Source: an uncultured delta proteobacterium (GTDB lineage Bacteria; Desulfobacterota; RBG-13-43-22). From it: 64,000 nt of DNA. This document shows positions 10,380 through 17,817 of this stretch, in pieces (the first letter of the stretch is position 1; every line of letters begins with the position of its first letter). The notes beneath the pieces are model-generated. The model had not been told where the DNA came from. It saw only the letters and a program-made list of their open reading frames with translations, and ran no database searches. Where the stretch lies: positions 320,001-384,000 of the forward strand of contig CAVQFQ010000017.1 of NCBI GenBank assembly GCA_963711835.1. The letters run 5' to 3'. Position numbers and translations under genes: made by a program.

Positions 10380-11435
10380 TTAGCTCTTATCACTCACCCC
10401 CGCCGATTCAAAGGTGGCCATCTCGTTATAGATCTTGACCGCCGCCTCAATGATGCCCATGGCCAGGGCCGCTCCGGTTCCCTCGCCCAGCCGCAGGCGC
10501 AGGTCCAGTATCGGCTCGACCTTGAAAATTCTTAAGAAAGTGGCGTGGCCCGCCTCCTCGGAACGGTGGCTGAAAAATAAGTAGTCCCGGACCTCGGGAG
10601 CTATTCGACAGGCCGCCAGGGCCCCGGCCGAGGAGATAAACCCGTCCACAACCACAGGGATGCGGAGCGAGGCCGCTCCCAAACAGAGACCGGTGATCCC
10701 GGCGATCTCCAGTCCTCCCAGGGCGGCCAGGGTGCTCAGGGGATCCCCCAGCCTTTTTTGATTTACCTTTATGGCCTTTTTAATAACCTCTATTTTGTGG
10801 TTCAGCCTGGCTTCGTCGATCCCGGTGCCGCACCCGGTGATATCCTCGACCGGACAGGGAAGCAGGACTGCGAAAAGGGCCGAAGAAGCGGTGGTGTTGG
10901 CGATCCCCATATCCCCGGTGCCGATGAGGCTAACGCCGTCGCGGGCCGCTTCCCGGGCTAATTCAATGCCGGCCTCCACGGCCTGAACCGCTTCCTCCAA
11001 TTTCATGGCCGGCTTCCTGGCGATATTGTCGGTCCCGGATCTGATTTTTCTGCGAACCAGGCCGGTGACATCCTCCAGGGGATCATCCACCCCCATATCC
11101 ACCACACACAACTCGGCCCCGATATGCCGGGCCAGGACGTTAATGGCCGCCCCCCCGGACAACATATTCCTGACCATCTGGGGGGTGACCTCCTTGGGAT
11201 AGGCCGATACCCCTTCCACCGCCACGCCATGGTCGCCGCCAAAGGTAACAATCCTTTTTTTGCCCAATCGGGGCCGGGTGGTCTGGGTAATAAGGCCATA
11301 CTGGACGGCCAGGTCTTCCAGCCGTCCCAAGCTTTTGGGCGGCTTGGTCAACCGGTCGAGATGGGCTCGAAGCGACGGTTCCAGGCTGAAGTCCACCGGC
11401 TTTATGGACTGGACGGTTTCATTTACTTTATTCAT
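10380..11435 (-). CDS. cobT: Nicotinate-nucleotide--dimethylbenzimidazole phosphoribosyltransferase
   Basis: [30 protein letters not shown] and LRLGEGTGA motifs; lies downstream of a B12 riboswitch. Confidence 0.95.
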   Translation of the reverse strand: MNKVNETVQSIKPVDFSLEPSLRAHLDRLTKPPKSLGRLEDLAVQYGLITQTTRPRLGKKRIVTFGGDHGVAVEGVSAYPKEVTPQMVRNMLSGGAAINVLARHIGAELCVVDMGVDDPLEDVTGLVRRKIRSGTDNIARKPAMKLEEAVQAVEAGIELAREAARDGVSLIGTGDMGIANTTASSALFAVLLPCPVEDITGCGTGIDEARLNHKIEVIKKAIKVNQKRLGDPLSTLAALGGLEIAGITGLCLGAASLRIPVVVDGFISSAGALAACRIAPEVRDYLFFSHRSEEAGHATFLRIFKVEPILDLRLRLGEGTGAALAMGIIEAAVKIYNEMATFESAGVSDKS

Positions 11436-11471
11436 AAAGGTTCCTCCTTAAATAAACGGAAATCAAAGCTG

Positions 11472-11514
11472 AAAATAAAAAGGCCCCCTTCTTCATGGAA
11501 GAAAGGAGCCCTTT
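11472..11514 (-). terminator. Intrinsic terminator / attenuator in the cobT leader
   Basis: On the minus strand, GGCTCCTTTCTTC-loop-GAAGAAGGGGGCC is followed by a U-rich tract, between the riboswitch and cobT. Confidence 0.7.
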
Positions 11515-11544
11515 ACCATCAGGTTCCTGGTCTGCGCACAGCCT

Positions 11545-11716
11545 CCTGGTCGTCTTCTGGCTTCCCCGGTCTTTAACCGGCCTTCCCATCCCGCTTAGGC
11601 GGGACAGTGGCCGGACTGGTTAAAAGACTTCTCTCCCTGTTAGAAGAAAAGCGGGGTTACAGCGGCGGGACCGCCACGGATTCGCACCGTGTTCCGTTAC
11701 CGGCAGGCTATACCGT
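11545..11716 (-). ncRNA. Cobalamin riboswitch (ends approximate)
   Basis: The minus strand contains GGAACACGGTGCGAATCCGTG, CCCGCCGCTGTAA, GCCACTG...GGGAAGGC and the B12-box-like AAGCCAGAAGAC, upstream of cobT. Confidence 0.9.
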
Positions 11717-11789
11717 AATCAACAAATTTTTAACTCGACTCCCGAAGATTGTCAATAAAAAAAATAGGGGACGTTGGTGCAGAAAGTGC

Positions 11790-11818
11790 TTGACTAAGTT
11801 GGACTTTAACGTTACTAT
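11790..11818 (+). promoter_or_regulatory. Sigma70-like promoter of the RAYT gene (probably leaderless)
   Basis: TTGACT-17 nt-TACTAT, ending 7 nt before ATG 11826; no SD sequence. Confidence 0.6.
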
Positions 11819-11825
11819 ATACATT

Positions 11826-12815
11826 ATGCCCAGATCAGCACGATTAGATGCGCCGGGGGTGTTGCACCATGTAATCGGACGTGGAATTGAGGGGAGACCC
11901 ATCTTTCCCTCCGGTAAGGATGGGGAGGACTTTATTTCTCGTCTATCCGCTCTGGTTGATACGCAGGCCATGGACGTTTACGCCTGGGCTTTATTGCCTA
12001 ACCATTTTCATCTTCTCTGCAAAACTAAACACAAACCATTGGCCTGGAGTATGCGCAAGCTTCTCACCGGCTATGCCGTCAATTTTAATAAAAGATATAA
12101 AAGGCAGGGGCATCTATTCCAGAATCGTTATAAATCCATCGTCTGCCAGGAAGAAGCCTATTTATTGGAGCTGGTCCGGTATATTCATCTGAATCCTTTG
12201 CGGGCGCGACTGGTTGATCGCCTGCATGAATTGAACTATTATCCCTGGTCGGGGCATTCCGCCCTGTTAGGGCGAAGAAACAGACCGTGGCAGGATATTA
12301 ATTATGTTCTTGGCTATTTTGGAAAAGGAAATATCGGCCCTAAAAAATACCTGCAATTCATTAAAGAAGGAATGGTTCAAGGCAAAAGGCCTGATTTAGT
12401 CGGAGGGGGTCTTATCCGCAGTTCGGGGGGATGGTCCGAGGTCTTAAGTCTCAGAAAACGGGGAGAGAAGGAAGCCAGTGATCAGAGAATCTTGGGTGAG
12501 GGAGATTTTGTGGAAAAGGTTTTATCCGAAGCCACCAATTTTCAGAAGGAGGTTTTGGGCCTGAACAAGAAAAAATTGGATCTGCCTAATTTGGCTTCAA
12601 GGATTAGCGCTCGGCAGGGGATTTCTCTGGATGAACTTCTATCCGCCAGCCTCAGAAAGGAGATCGTCGAAGCCCGCCGGGTTTTGGCTTGGCTTGCAGT
12701 AAAGGTCTTGAGGTACTCCGGGGCGGAAGTCGCCCGCTACCTGGGCGTAACGAGTTCCTGTATAAATCGGTCCCTGTCCAGGGGAGATAGTCCCAAGCAG
12801 GAAGAATACTTATGA
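11826..12815 (+). CDS. REP-associated tyrosine transposase (RAYT / Y1_Tnp) with C-terminal HTH-like extension
   Basis: MPRSARLDAPGVLHHVIGRG, HUH motif in PNHFHLL, GHLFQNRYKS and RYIHLNPLRA (catalytic Tyr). Confidence 0.9.
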   Translation: MPRSARLDAPGVLHHVIGRGIEGRPIFPSGKDGEDFISRLSALVDTQAMDVYAWALLPNHFHLLCKTKHKPLAWSMRKLLTGYAVNFNKRYKRQGHLFQNRYKSIVCQEEAYLLELVRYIHLNPLRARLVDRLHELNYYPWSGHSALLGRRNRPWQDINYVLGYFGKGNIGPKKYLQFIKEGMVQGKRPDLVGGGLIRSSGGWSEVLSLRKRGEKEASDQRILGEGDFVEKVLSEATNFQKEVLGLNKKKLDLPNLASRISARQGISLDELLSASLRKEIVEARRVLAWLAVKVLRYSGAEVARYLGVTSSCINRSLSRGDSPKQEEYL

Positions 12816-14551
12816 GCCTGGAAGCAATCCCTGCACCAACGTCCCCTAAATTGGTGGGCCTTAATTTGGGGTTGGTTCCTTTTAGGGAGGCCTGGGAGTT
12901 GCAGAAAGAATGGGCGGCGCAGCGGCGGGAGGGGACATTGCCGGACGGATTGATTCTGCTGGAACATCCGCCGGTCTTGACCCTGGGCCGGTGGGGGAAA
13001 AAGGAAAATCTTAAGGTCTCGGCCGATTATTTAAAGCAGAAAAACATGGCTCTGATCCGCTGCGAACGGGGAGGAGAGATCACCTACCATGGTCCGGGAC
13101 AGTTGGTGGGCTACCCCATCTTGAGGTTGCAGTCATTCCAGCTCGGCGTCAGGACCTATGTCAGCCGTCTGGAGGAAGTCCTGATCAACACCCTGTTTGA
13201 TTTTGGTCTGGTCGCCGGTCGCCGGGAAGGATTTCCGGGTGTCTGGATCAACCAGCATAAGATCGCTTCTATCGGGATTGCCGTCCAAAAGGGCATTGCT
13301 TTTCATGGCTTTGCCCTGAACTACGCCCCTGATTTGGACCACTTCCGCCTCATCACCCCGTGCGGCTTGCCGGGTGTTGAAATGACCTCCATAGAAGCCA
13401 TGACCGGCAGACCCTTAGACCCTCATTATTTAAGGGAACGGGTGACCCGCAATTTCGGAGAGGTCTTCGGGGCTGAAATAGTCCCGGTAAGCCTTGAGGC
13501 TTTAAATCTGGAAACTGTGTCGCAATTACCAAAACGTCATTCCGGACGAGATCCGGAATCCATCCCGCCGAAGGCGGGACTGGATCCCGGCTCCCTTGGC
13601 CGGGATGACGAATTAAGACGCAGTCTTCAGCTAAAAAAGCCCCTCTGGCTCAAAAAAAAGATCCCTTCGGCAGGTTCCAGCGCCCAGGTCAAGGCCCTGA
13701 TCCGGAAGGGCGGGCTGCATACCGTTTGCCGGGAAGCCCAGTGCCCCAATCAGGGGGAATGTTTCAGCCGGGGAACGGCCGCCTTTCTGCTCATGGGAGA
13801 CCGCTGTACGCGCTGCTGTACTTTCTGTGCCGTGTCGCCCGGCCTTCCGAACCCATTAAACCCGGATGAACCGGCAGAGATCGCCCGGGCCGTAAAGAAG
13901 ATGGGGCTTTCCTATGCGGTCCTGACCTCGGTCACCCGGGACGATCTGTCTGACGGCGGGGCCGGCCATTTTTGTGAAACCATCGAGGCTATCGGCCGGA
14001 TCGTGCCTCAAACACAGGTCGAATGTCTCATCCCCGACTTCCAGGGATCGAAATCGTCCCTGGATCTGGTAGCCCGGACCGATCCGGCTGTCATCAATCA
14101 TAACCTGGAAACCGTGGAGCGTCTCTATCCCTCGGTGCGGCCAGGAGCGGATTTCAAACGCTCCCTCCAACTTATCGGATATCTCAAAGAAACTTTTCCC
14201 GGGCTATTGACCAAATCAGGGATTATGGTAGGATTGGGAGAGACCCGGGAGGAGACCAGGAGGGTCTTGGAGGATCTCCGGGATCAGGGCTGCGCCATCC
14301 TGACCATCGGCCAGTATCTGCAGCCTTCTCCAAAACATCATCCGGTAGTGCGATATGTTCCTCCCGATGAATTTGCAGGATGGGAGGAAGAGGCCTGCCA
14401 ACTGGGCTTTAAAGCCGTGGCCTGCGGTCCTTTTGTTCGCAGCTCCTTTGAGGCCGAAGGCCTTTATGCCAAGGCGGGGTCCAGCCCGCCCCGGCGGATC
14501 GGCGACCCCTCCCCCATCGGGGAGGAGAAAATATTTTGTTGCCTATCCTGA
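12812..14551 (+). CDS. lipB-lipA: Fused octanoyltransferase LipB - lipoyl synthase LipA
   Basis: N-half: LEHPPVLTLG, RGGEITYHGPGQLVGYPI, KIASIG, HGFALN, PCG. C-half: CREAQCPNQGEC, CTRCCTFC, NHNLETV, GQYLQPS, VRSS. Confidence 0.92.
   Translation: MSLEAIPAPTSPKLVGLNLGLVPFREAWELQKEWAAQRREGTLPDGLILLEHPPVLTLGRWGKKENLKVSADYLKQKNMALIRCERGGEITYHGPGQLVGYPILRLQSFQLGVRTYVSRLEEVLINTLFDFGLVAGRREGFPGVWINQHKIASIGIAVQKGIAFHGFALNYAPDLDHFRLITPCGLPGVEMTSIEAMTGRPLDPHYLRERVTRNFGEVFGAEIVPVSLEALNLETVSQLPKRHSGRDPESIPPKAGLDPGSLGRDDELRRSLQLKKPLWLKKKIPSAGSSAQVKALIRKGGLHTVCREAQCPNQGECFSRGTAAFLLMGDRCTRCCTFCAVSPGLPNPLNPDEPAEIARAVKKMGLSYAVLTSVTRDDLSDGGAGHFCETIEAIGRIVPQTQVECLIPDFQGSKSSLDLVARTDPAVINHNLETVERLYPSVRPGADFKRSLQLIGYLKETFPGLLTKSGIMVGLGETREETRRVLEDLRDQGCAILTIGQYLQPSPKHHPVVRYVPPDEFAGWEEEACQLGFKAVACGPFVRSSFEAEGLYAKAGSSPPRRIGDPSPIGEEKIFCCLS
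13508..13630. mobile_element. 123-bp MITE-like element with a CGTC-REP pair, in frame within the LipB-LipA linker
   Basis: Outer imperfect IR CTGGAAACTGTGTCGCAATT / AATTAAGACGCAGTCTTCAG; inner CGTCATTCCGG..CCGGAATCCA and CTGGATCCCGG..CCGGGATGACG. Confidence 0.75.
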
Positions 14552-14672
14552 TGGTCAGGAATAAATTCTTAAGAATACAGGGTATAAGAATCTGAAGTTG
14601 AATTACCCCTTTCAAAAGGGTACAATACCGTTTAAAAATTAATGTCCGGAACGTGATCAGGAGGTAGATCCT

Positions 14673-15170
14673 ATGTCTCTGAAAAGAAGCCACCAGGGGA
14701 GAAAATGCATCCGCGGGGGGCTCATCCTGCTCGGTCTATTCTTATTTTTTGGCACCCTATCCTGCAATTCCGGAACCGGCAGCAGCACCAGTACTACCTC
14801 AACCGGTGGGGGAGGAGGGGTAGGCTGGACGATTTCAGTCAAGACCACCACCAACACCGTTTCCTTATCCCTGAATCAGACTACCTCGGTCATTGTCCAG
14901 GTCAAAGACGGCGCCGGCGGGCCGGCCCCTAAAGGGACACGTATCTGCGTCTCCGTCGCCCGGGGTACGATTTGGGTCGATGAGATCGGGAAAGACGAAC
15001 CGGTTATTACCGGATGCGCCCCTACCGGCAATGATATCGGGCAATTGATGGGGACTTATGTTCCGAACCGAGGCAATACTCAAGATAATCCATTCGCACC
15101 GGGGCATGATTATATCGATGCCTCTTCCCAGGGGGTTTTTGGAACAGTGACTATAAATGTAGTTCCCTAA
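14673..15170 (+). CDS. Putative lipoprotein with an Ig-like (invasin/Big-like) domain
   Basis: Basic N-terminus, hydrophobic stretch, TLSC lipobox-like motif, Ser/Thr/Gly linker and beta-rich domain (VIVQVKDGAGGP). Confidence 0.6.
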   Translation: MSLKRSHQGRKCIRGGLILLGLFLFFGTLSCNSGTGSSTSTTSTGGGGGVGWTISVKTTTNTVSLSLNQTTSVIVQVKDGAGGPAPKGTRICVSVARGTIWVDEIGKDEPVITGCAPTGNDIGQLMGTYVPNRGNTQDNPFAPGHDYIDASSQGVFGTVTINVVP

Positions 15171-15186
15171 TGTAAGGAGGTGCCTA

Positions 15187-16446
15187 ATGGTCAAACGATT
15201 TTTTTATTTGTTCCTGGTCTTTTTAGTTCCGACTTTATTTCTGGTATTCCTTGAAAAAGACGCTCCTCAGGCCCTGCCCTCGGCCGGCGCTGCCGGGGAA
15301 CAAAAGGCCCCGGCCCCTTCGGGCGGGCCGGGTGCAGTGACCATCCAGGCGGACAAGGCCTCGTTGAACAACGGCGGAACCCTGACCGTTACAGGCCAGG
15401 CCCCGGCCGGCAAACCGGTTTATCTGGAGATTTTCGCCGAAAAAAAGGTGCGGGCCAATCTTTTCGACAACAAGAAAGATGAAAAGACCGGACAAATCCC
15501 TTACATTCTCTATTTGACCGATGAGATGCCCGGTTATTACAAGATCATCGTGCCCAAGGACCAGCAGGGGAAACTGGAGGTCGTAAAGAAAGAAGGCCGG
15601 AAATGGTCTTTTTCCAAGGCCCTCAAAGACCTGGGTGCGGATGTGGCCTACAGCGCTCCGGGCAGCATAAAAATTGATAAATATAAGGCCTCCATTCTGG
15701 CCAGCATCATCGGGTCCCGCGGGGAACTGTTGCCGGCCATGGATCCCCAGGAAAACAAAAGGCGGTCCATGCAATTAGTCAAGTCCCGCTTCCGGAATGT
15801 GGATAAGGTCCTGGCGGCTGCCGTGGAAACCAATCCCGACGGGACCTATAAGGCCACCTTCAATATCCGGTCCGGTTTGCCGGACGGTCGATACACCATC
15901 GTAGCGACAGCGGGTAAAGACCTTAAAAGCCAACCCCTGACCTTTGAAAACAAGATCAGCTTCCCCACCCTTTACCTCAGCAACGCCGGGACCAGCCTCA
16001 ATCTGTTCTGGCCCTTTTTGCTTACCCTGGCCATCGCCATCTTCGGGGTCCTCATGGGCGCCGGTGGCGGATTTATTCTAAATCCCCTCCTGGTCCTGAT
16101 CTGGCCTCTGCCCCACAATGTGGTGGCCGGCACGGTTATGCCCACCGTGGCTTTTTCCCAGGCCAGCGGCATCTATAATTACTCCAAGATCAAGTTCATC
16201 AACTGGAAAGTGGGGGTCATCGTCGGCTGCTCCATGCTGGCCGGCGGATTCATCGGCCCCAAGTTGACCGAACTTCTTACTTTGGATCAATACAAGTTTA
16301 TCTTCGGCTGGATCCTTCTGGTCCTGGCGGTCCTGCTCTTCTGGCAGACCACCAAGAGTTATGTGAATAAGAACAAGAAGGAGCAGGCCATCCTGAAAGA
16401 ATTCAAGAAACGAGCCGAAGAAGCGGCCAAAGGCAAAAAGGGTTAA
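15187..16446 (+). CDS. TauE/SafE (TSUP) exporter, N-terminal half, with a large extracytoplasmic domain
   Basis: Signal/anchor, about 250-aa soluble region, then GVLMGAGGGFILNP..VAGT..INWKVG transmembrane repeat. Confidence 0.8.
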   Translation: MVKRFFYLFLVFLVPTLFLVFLEKDAPQALPSAGAAGEQKAPAPSGGPGAVTIQADKASLNNGGTLTVTGQAPAGKPVYLEIFAEKKVRANLFDNKKDEKTGQIPYILYLTDEMPGYYKIIVPKDQQGKLEVVKKEGRKWSFSKALKDLGADVAYSAPGSIKIDKYKASILASIIGSRGELLPAMDPQENKRRSMQLVKSRFRNVDKVLAAAVETNPDGTYKATFNIRSGLPDGRYTIVATAGKDLKSQPLTFENKISFPTLYLSNAGTSLNLFWPFLLTLAIAIFGVLMGAGGGFILNPLLVLIWPLPHNVVAGTVMPTVAFSQASGIYNYSKIKFINWKVGVIVGCSMLAGGFIGPKLTELLTLDQYKFIFGWILLVLAVLLFWQTTKSYVNKNKKEQAILKEFKKRAEEAAKGKKG

Positions 16447-16471
16447 TCCGGGTTTAAGTTAGGAGGAGGAT

Positions 16472-16864
16472 ATGGAAATAGATTTCTGGGGACAAAAATT
16501 CAAGGTCAATATGGTCATCGGCTGCATCGGGGGATTTATCATTGCCATAGTGGCTTCCATGTTCGGTTTCGGGGGCGGGCCTTTTATGATGCCCCTGATG
16601 GCCCTGGGCATGGGACTGCCCATGTATGTGGTGGTGGGAAGTTCTCTTTTGGCCATCTTTTTCAACACCGTCATCGGTTCCCTGCAGCATTACCGTTTCG
16701 GAAATTTTGATTTCCTGTTTTTCCTGATCATGTTCCCGGCGGCCATCCTGGGCGGCTACATCGCCCCGCAGATCGCCAAGCGGGTCAGCCCCCTATGGAT
16801 CAAGCGCATTGCCGCCGCGGGACTGGTGATTCTGGGCCTGATTTTACTGGGCGTGATTTTTTGA
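16472..16864 (+). CDS. TauE/SafE (TSUP) exporter, second half
   Basis: ASMFGFGGGPFMMP..VVGSSL repeat; has its own strong RBS AGGAGGAGG. Confidence 0.8.
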   Translation: MEIDFWGQKFKVNMVIGCIGGFIIAIVASMFGFGGGPFMMPLMALGMGLPMYVVVGSSLLAIFFNTVIGSLQHYRFGNFDFLFFLIMFPAAILGGYIAPQIAKRVSPLWIKRIAAAGLVILGLILLGVIF

Positions 16865-16917
16865 CGAAGGTTGAAAGAAAACAGGGGCGGGTCTTCTATA
16901 CGGAAGCCCCGCTCCAC

Positions 16918-17367
16918 TTATCCAGCTTTATTACTCGGGTTGAATGTCTGAAAAATAAAATCAACCGGCCTGAGAATCAAGGTTTCCCCGATCTTCTTGC
17001 GATAGAAGTCACGAAAATCCCTGGCATTGCCCGTTATAAAAAAATCCATTCCATGGTAGAGGGCTGTGGTCAGGATAATGCGGTCATTAAGAGGGAGGGT
17101 TTCCAATTCTTTGTTTTTAAATCGGATGAGAATATCATCCAGGACCGTAGATTTGTTGATTAATCCTTTGAGGAAGGACAGATGTTCCGGTTTTTTCCTC
17201 TCCATGTTCCAAACTGCCTCTTTCAAGACTAATTCTGAAATGAAGATATCAAAGCCCCCCCTGCTCCGGAGCTCATAAATCAGGTGAGATCTGGAACCGC
17301 CCTTTCCCGAGTAGGCGGCTGAGAATAAAACATTGCTGTCCAGAAAAACTTTTAAATTTTTTCCCAC
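16918..17367 (-). CDS. PIN-domain toxin (VapC-like)
   Basis: VFLDSNVLFSA...E...NDRIIL...FITGNARDF; overlaps the antitoxin gene. Confidence 0.85.
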   Translation of the reverse strand: MGKNLKVFLDSNVLFSAAYSGKGGSRSHLIYELRSRGGFDIFISELVLKEAVWNMERKKPEHLSFLKGLINKSTVLDDILIRFKNKELETLPLNDRIILTTALYHGMDFFITGNARDFRDFYRKKIGETLILRPVDFIFQTFNPSNKAG

Positions 17368-17615
17368 CTGGCCAGAGCCTTTTTCTTTTCCCCTGCCTTC
17401 AGGAGATCCTCTTTTGCCAATTCCTGGATAAACTCATCGGAAAAGGCCCTCACGGTGATGGTGAGGGCCGGTTTAACCACAATCCCTTGTTCGGTTAGTT
17501 CCAGAAGCACCGGAGATTTAGGTTTAATTCCCATTTTGTCCCTATATCGTTTAGGAAGAGTTATCTGCCCTCTTTCACCTACCATGACTGTTTCCACCCA
17601 ATCGTACCCCCTCAC
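17352..17615 (-). CDS. AbrB/MazE-family antitoxin
   Basis: VGERGQITLPKRYRDKMGI swapped-hairpin motif, upstream of the PIN gene. Confidence 0.85.
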   Translation of the reverse strand: MRGYDWVETVMVGERGQITLPKRYRDKMGIKPKSPVLLELTEQGIVVKPALTITVRAFSDEFIQELAKEDLLKAGEKKKALARWEKI

Positions 17616-17673
17616 TTTTCAGTAAATTCAATAATACATACTTTCCGTAAGTAAGTAAATAGCTATTTTTGGT

Positions 17674-17817
17674 TAGTGTAGTGTCTCAGACAAGTCTTTA
17701 CAACGTCTTAAAGAGCAGTCATTCCCGCGGAAGCGGGAATCCAGAAATAAAAAAACTGGATTCCGGGTCAAGCCCGGAATGACGGCACTGTAAAGCCATT
17801 ACGGAGACACTACATTA
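17674..17817. mobile_element. MITE-like element carrying a CGTC-REP pair
   Basis: Outer IR TGTAGTGTCTC-8nt-CTTTACA / TGTAAAG-8nt-GAGACACTACA. Inner GTCATTCCCGCGGAAGCGGGAATCCAG (17718-17744) and CTGGATTCCGGGTCAAGCCCGGAATGACG (17756-17784). Confidence 0.75.

Larger units (their letters stand above)
11765..12848 (+). mobile_element. TIR-flanked RAYT (Y1 HUH transposase) element, about 1.08 kb
   Basis: Perfect 18-bp inverted repeat TAGGGGACGTTGGTGCAG (11765-11782) / CTGCACCAACGTCCCCTA (12831-12848) brackets the transposase gene. Confidence 0.8.

Noticed and set aside
11607-11825. 73-aa N-terminal extension of the RAYT ORF in the track
   Set aside because: It overlaps the antisense riboswitch and the left TIR; the family-typical start MPR at 11826 follows a good promoter.
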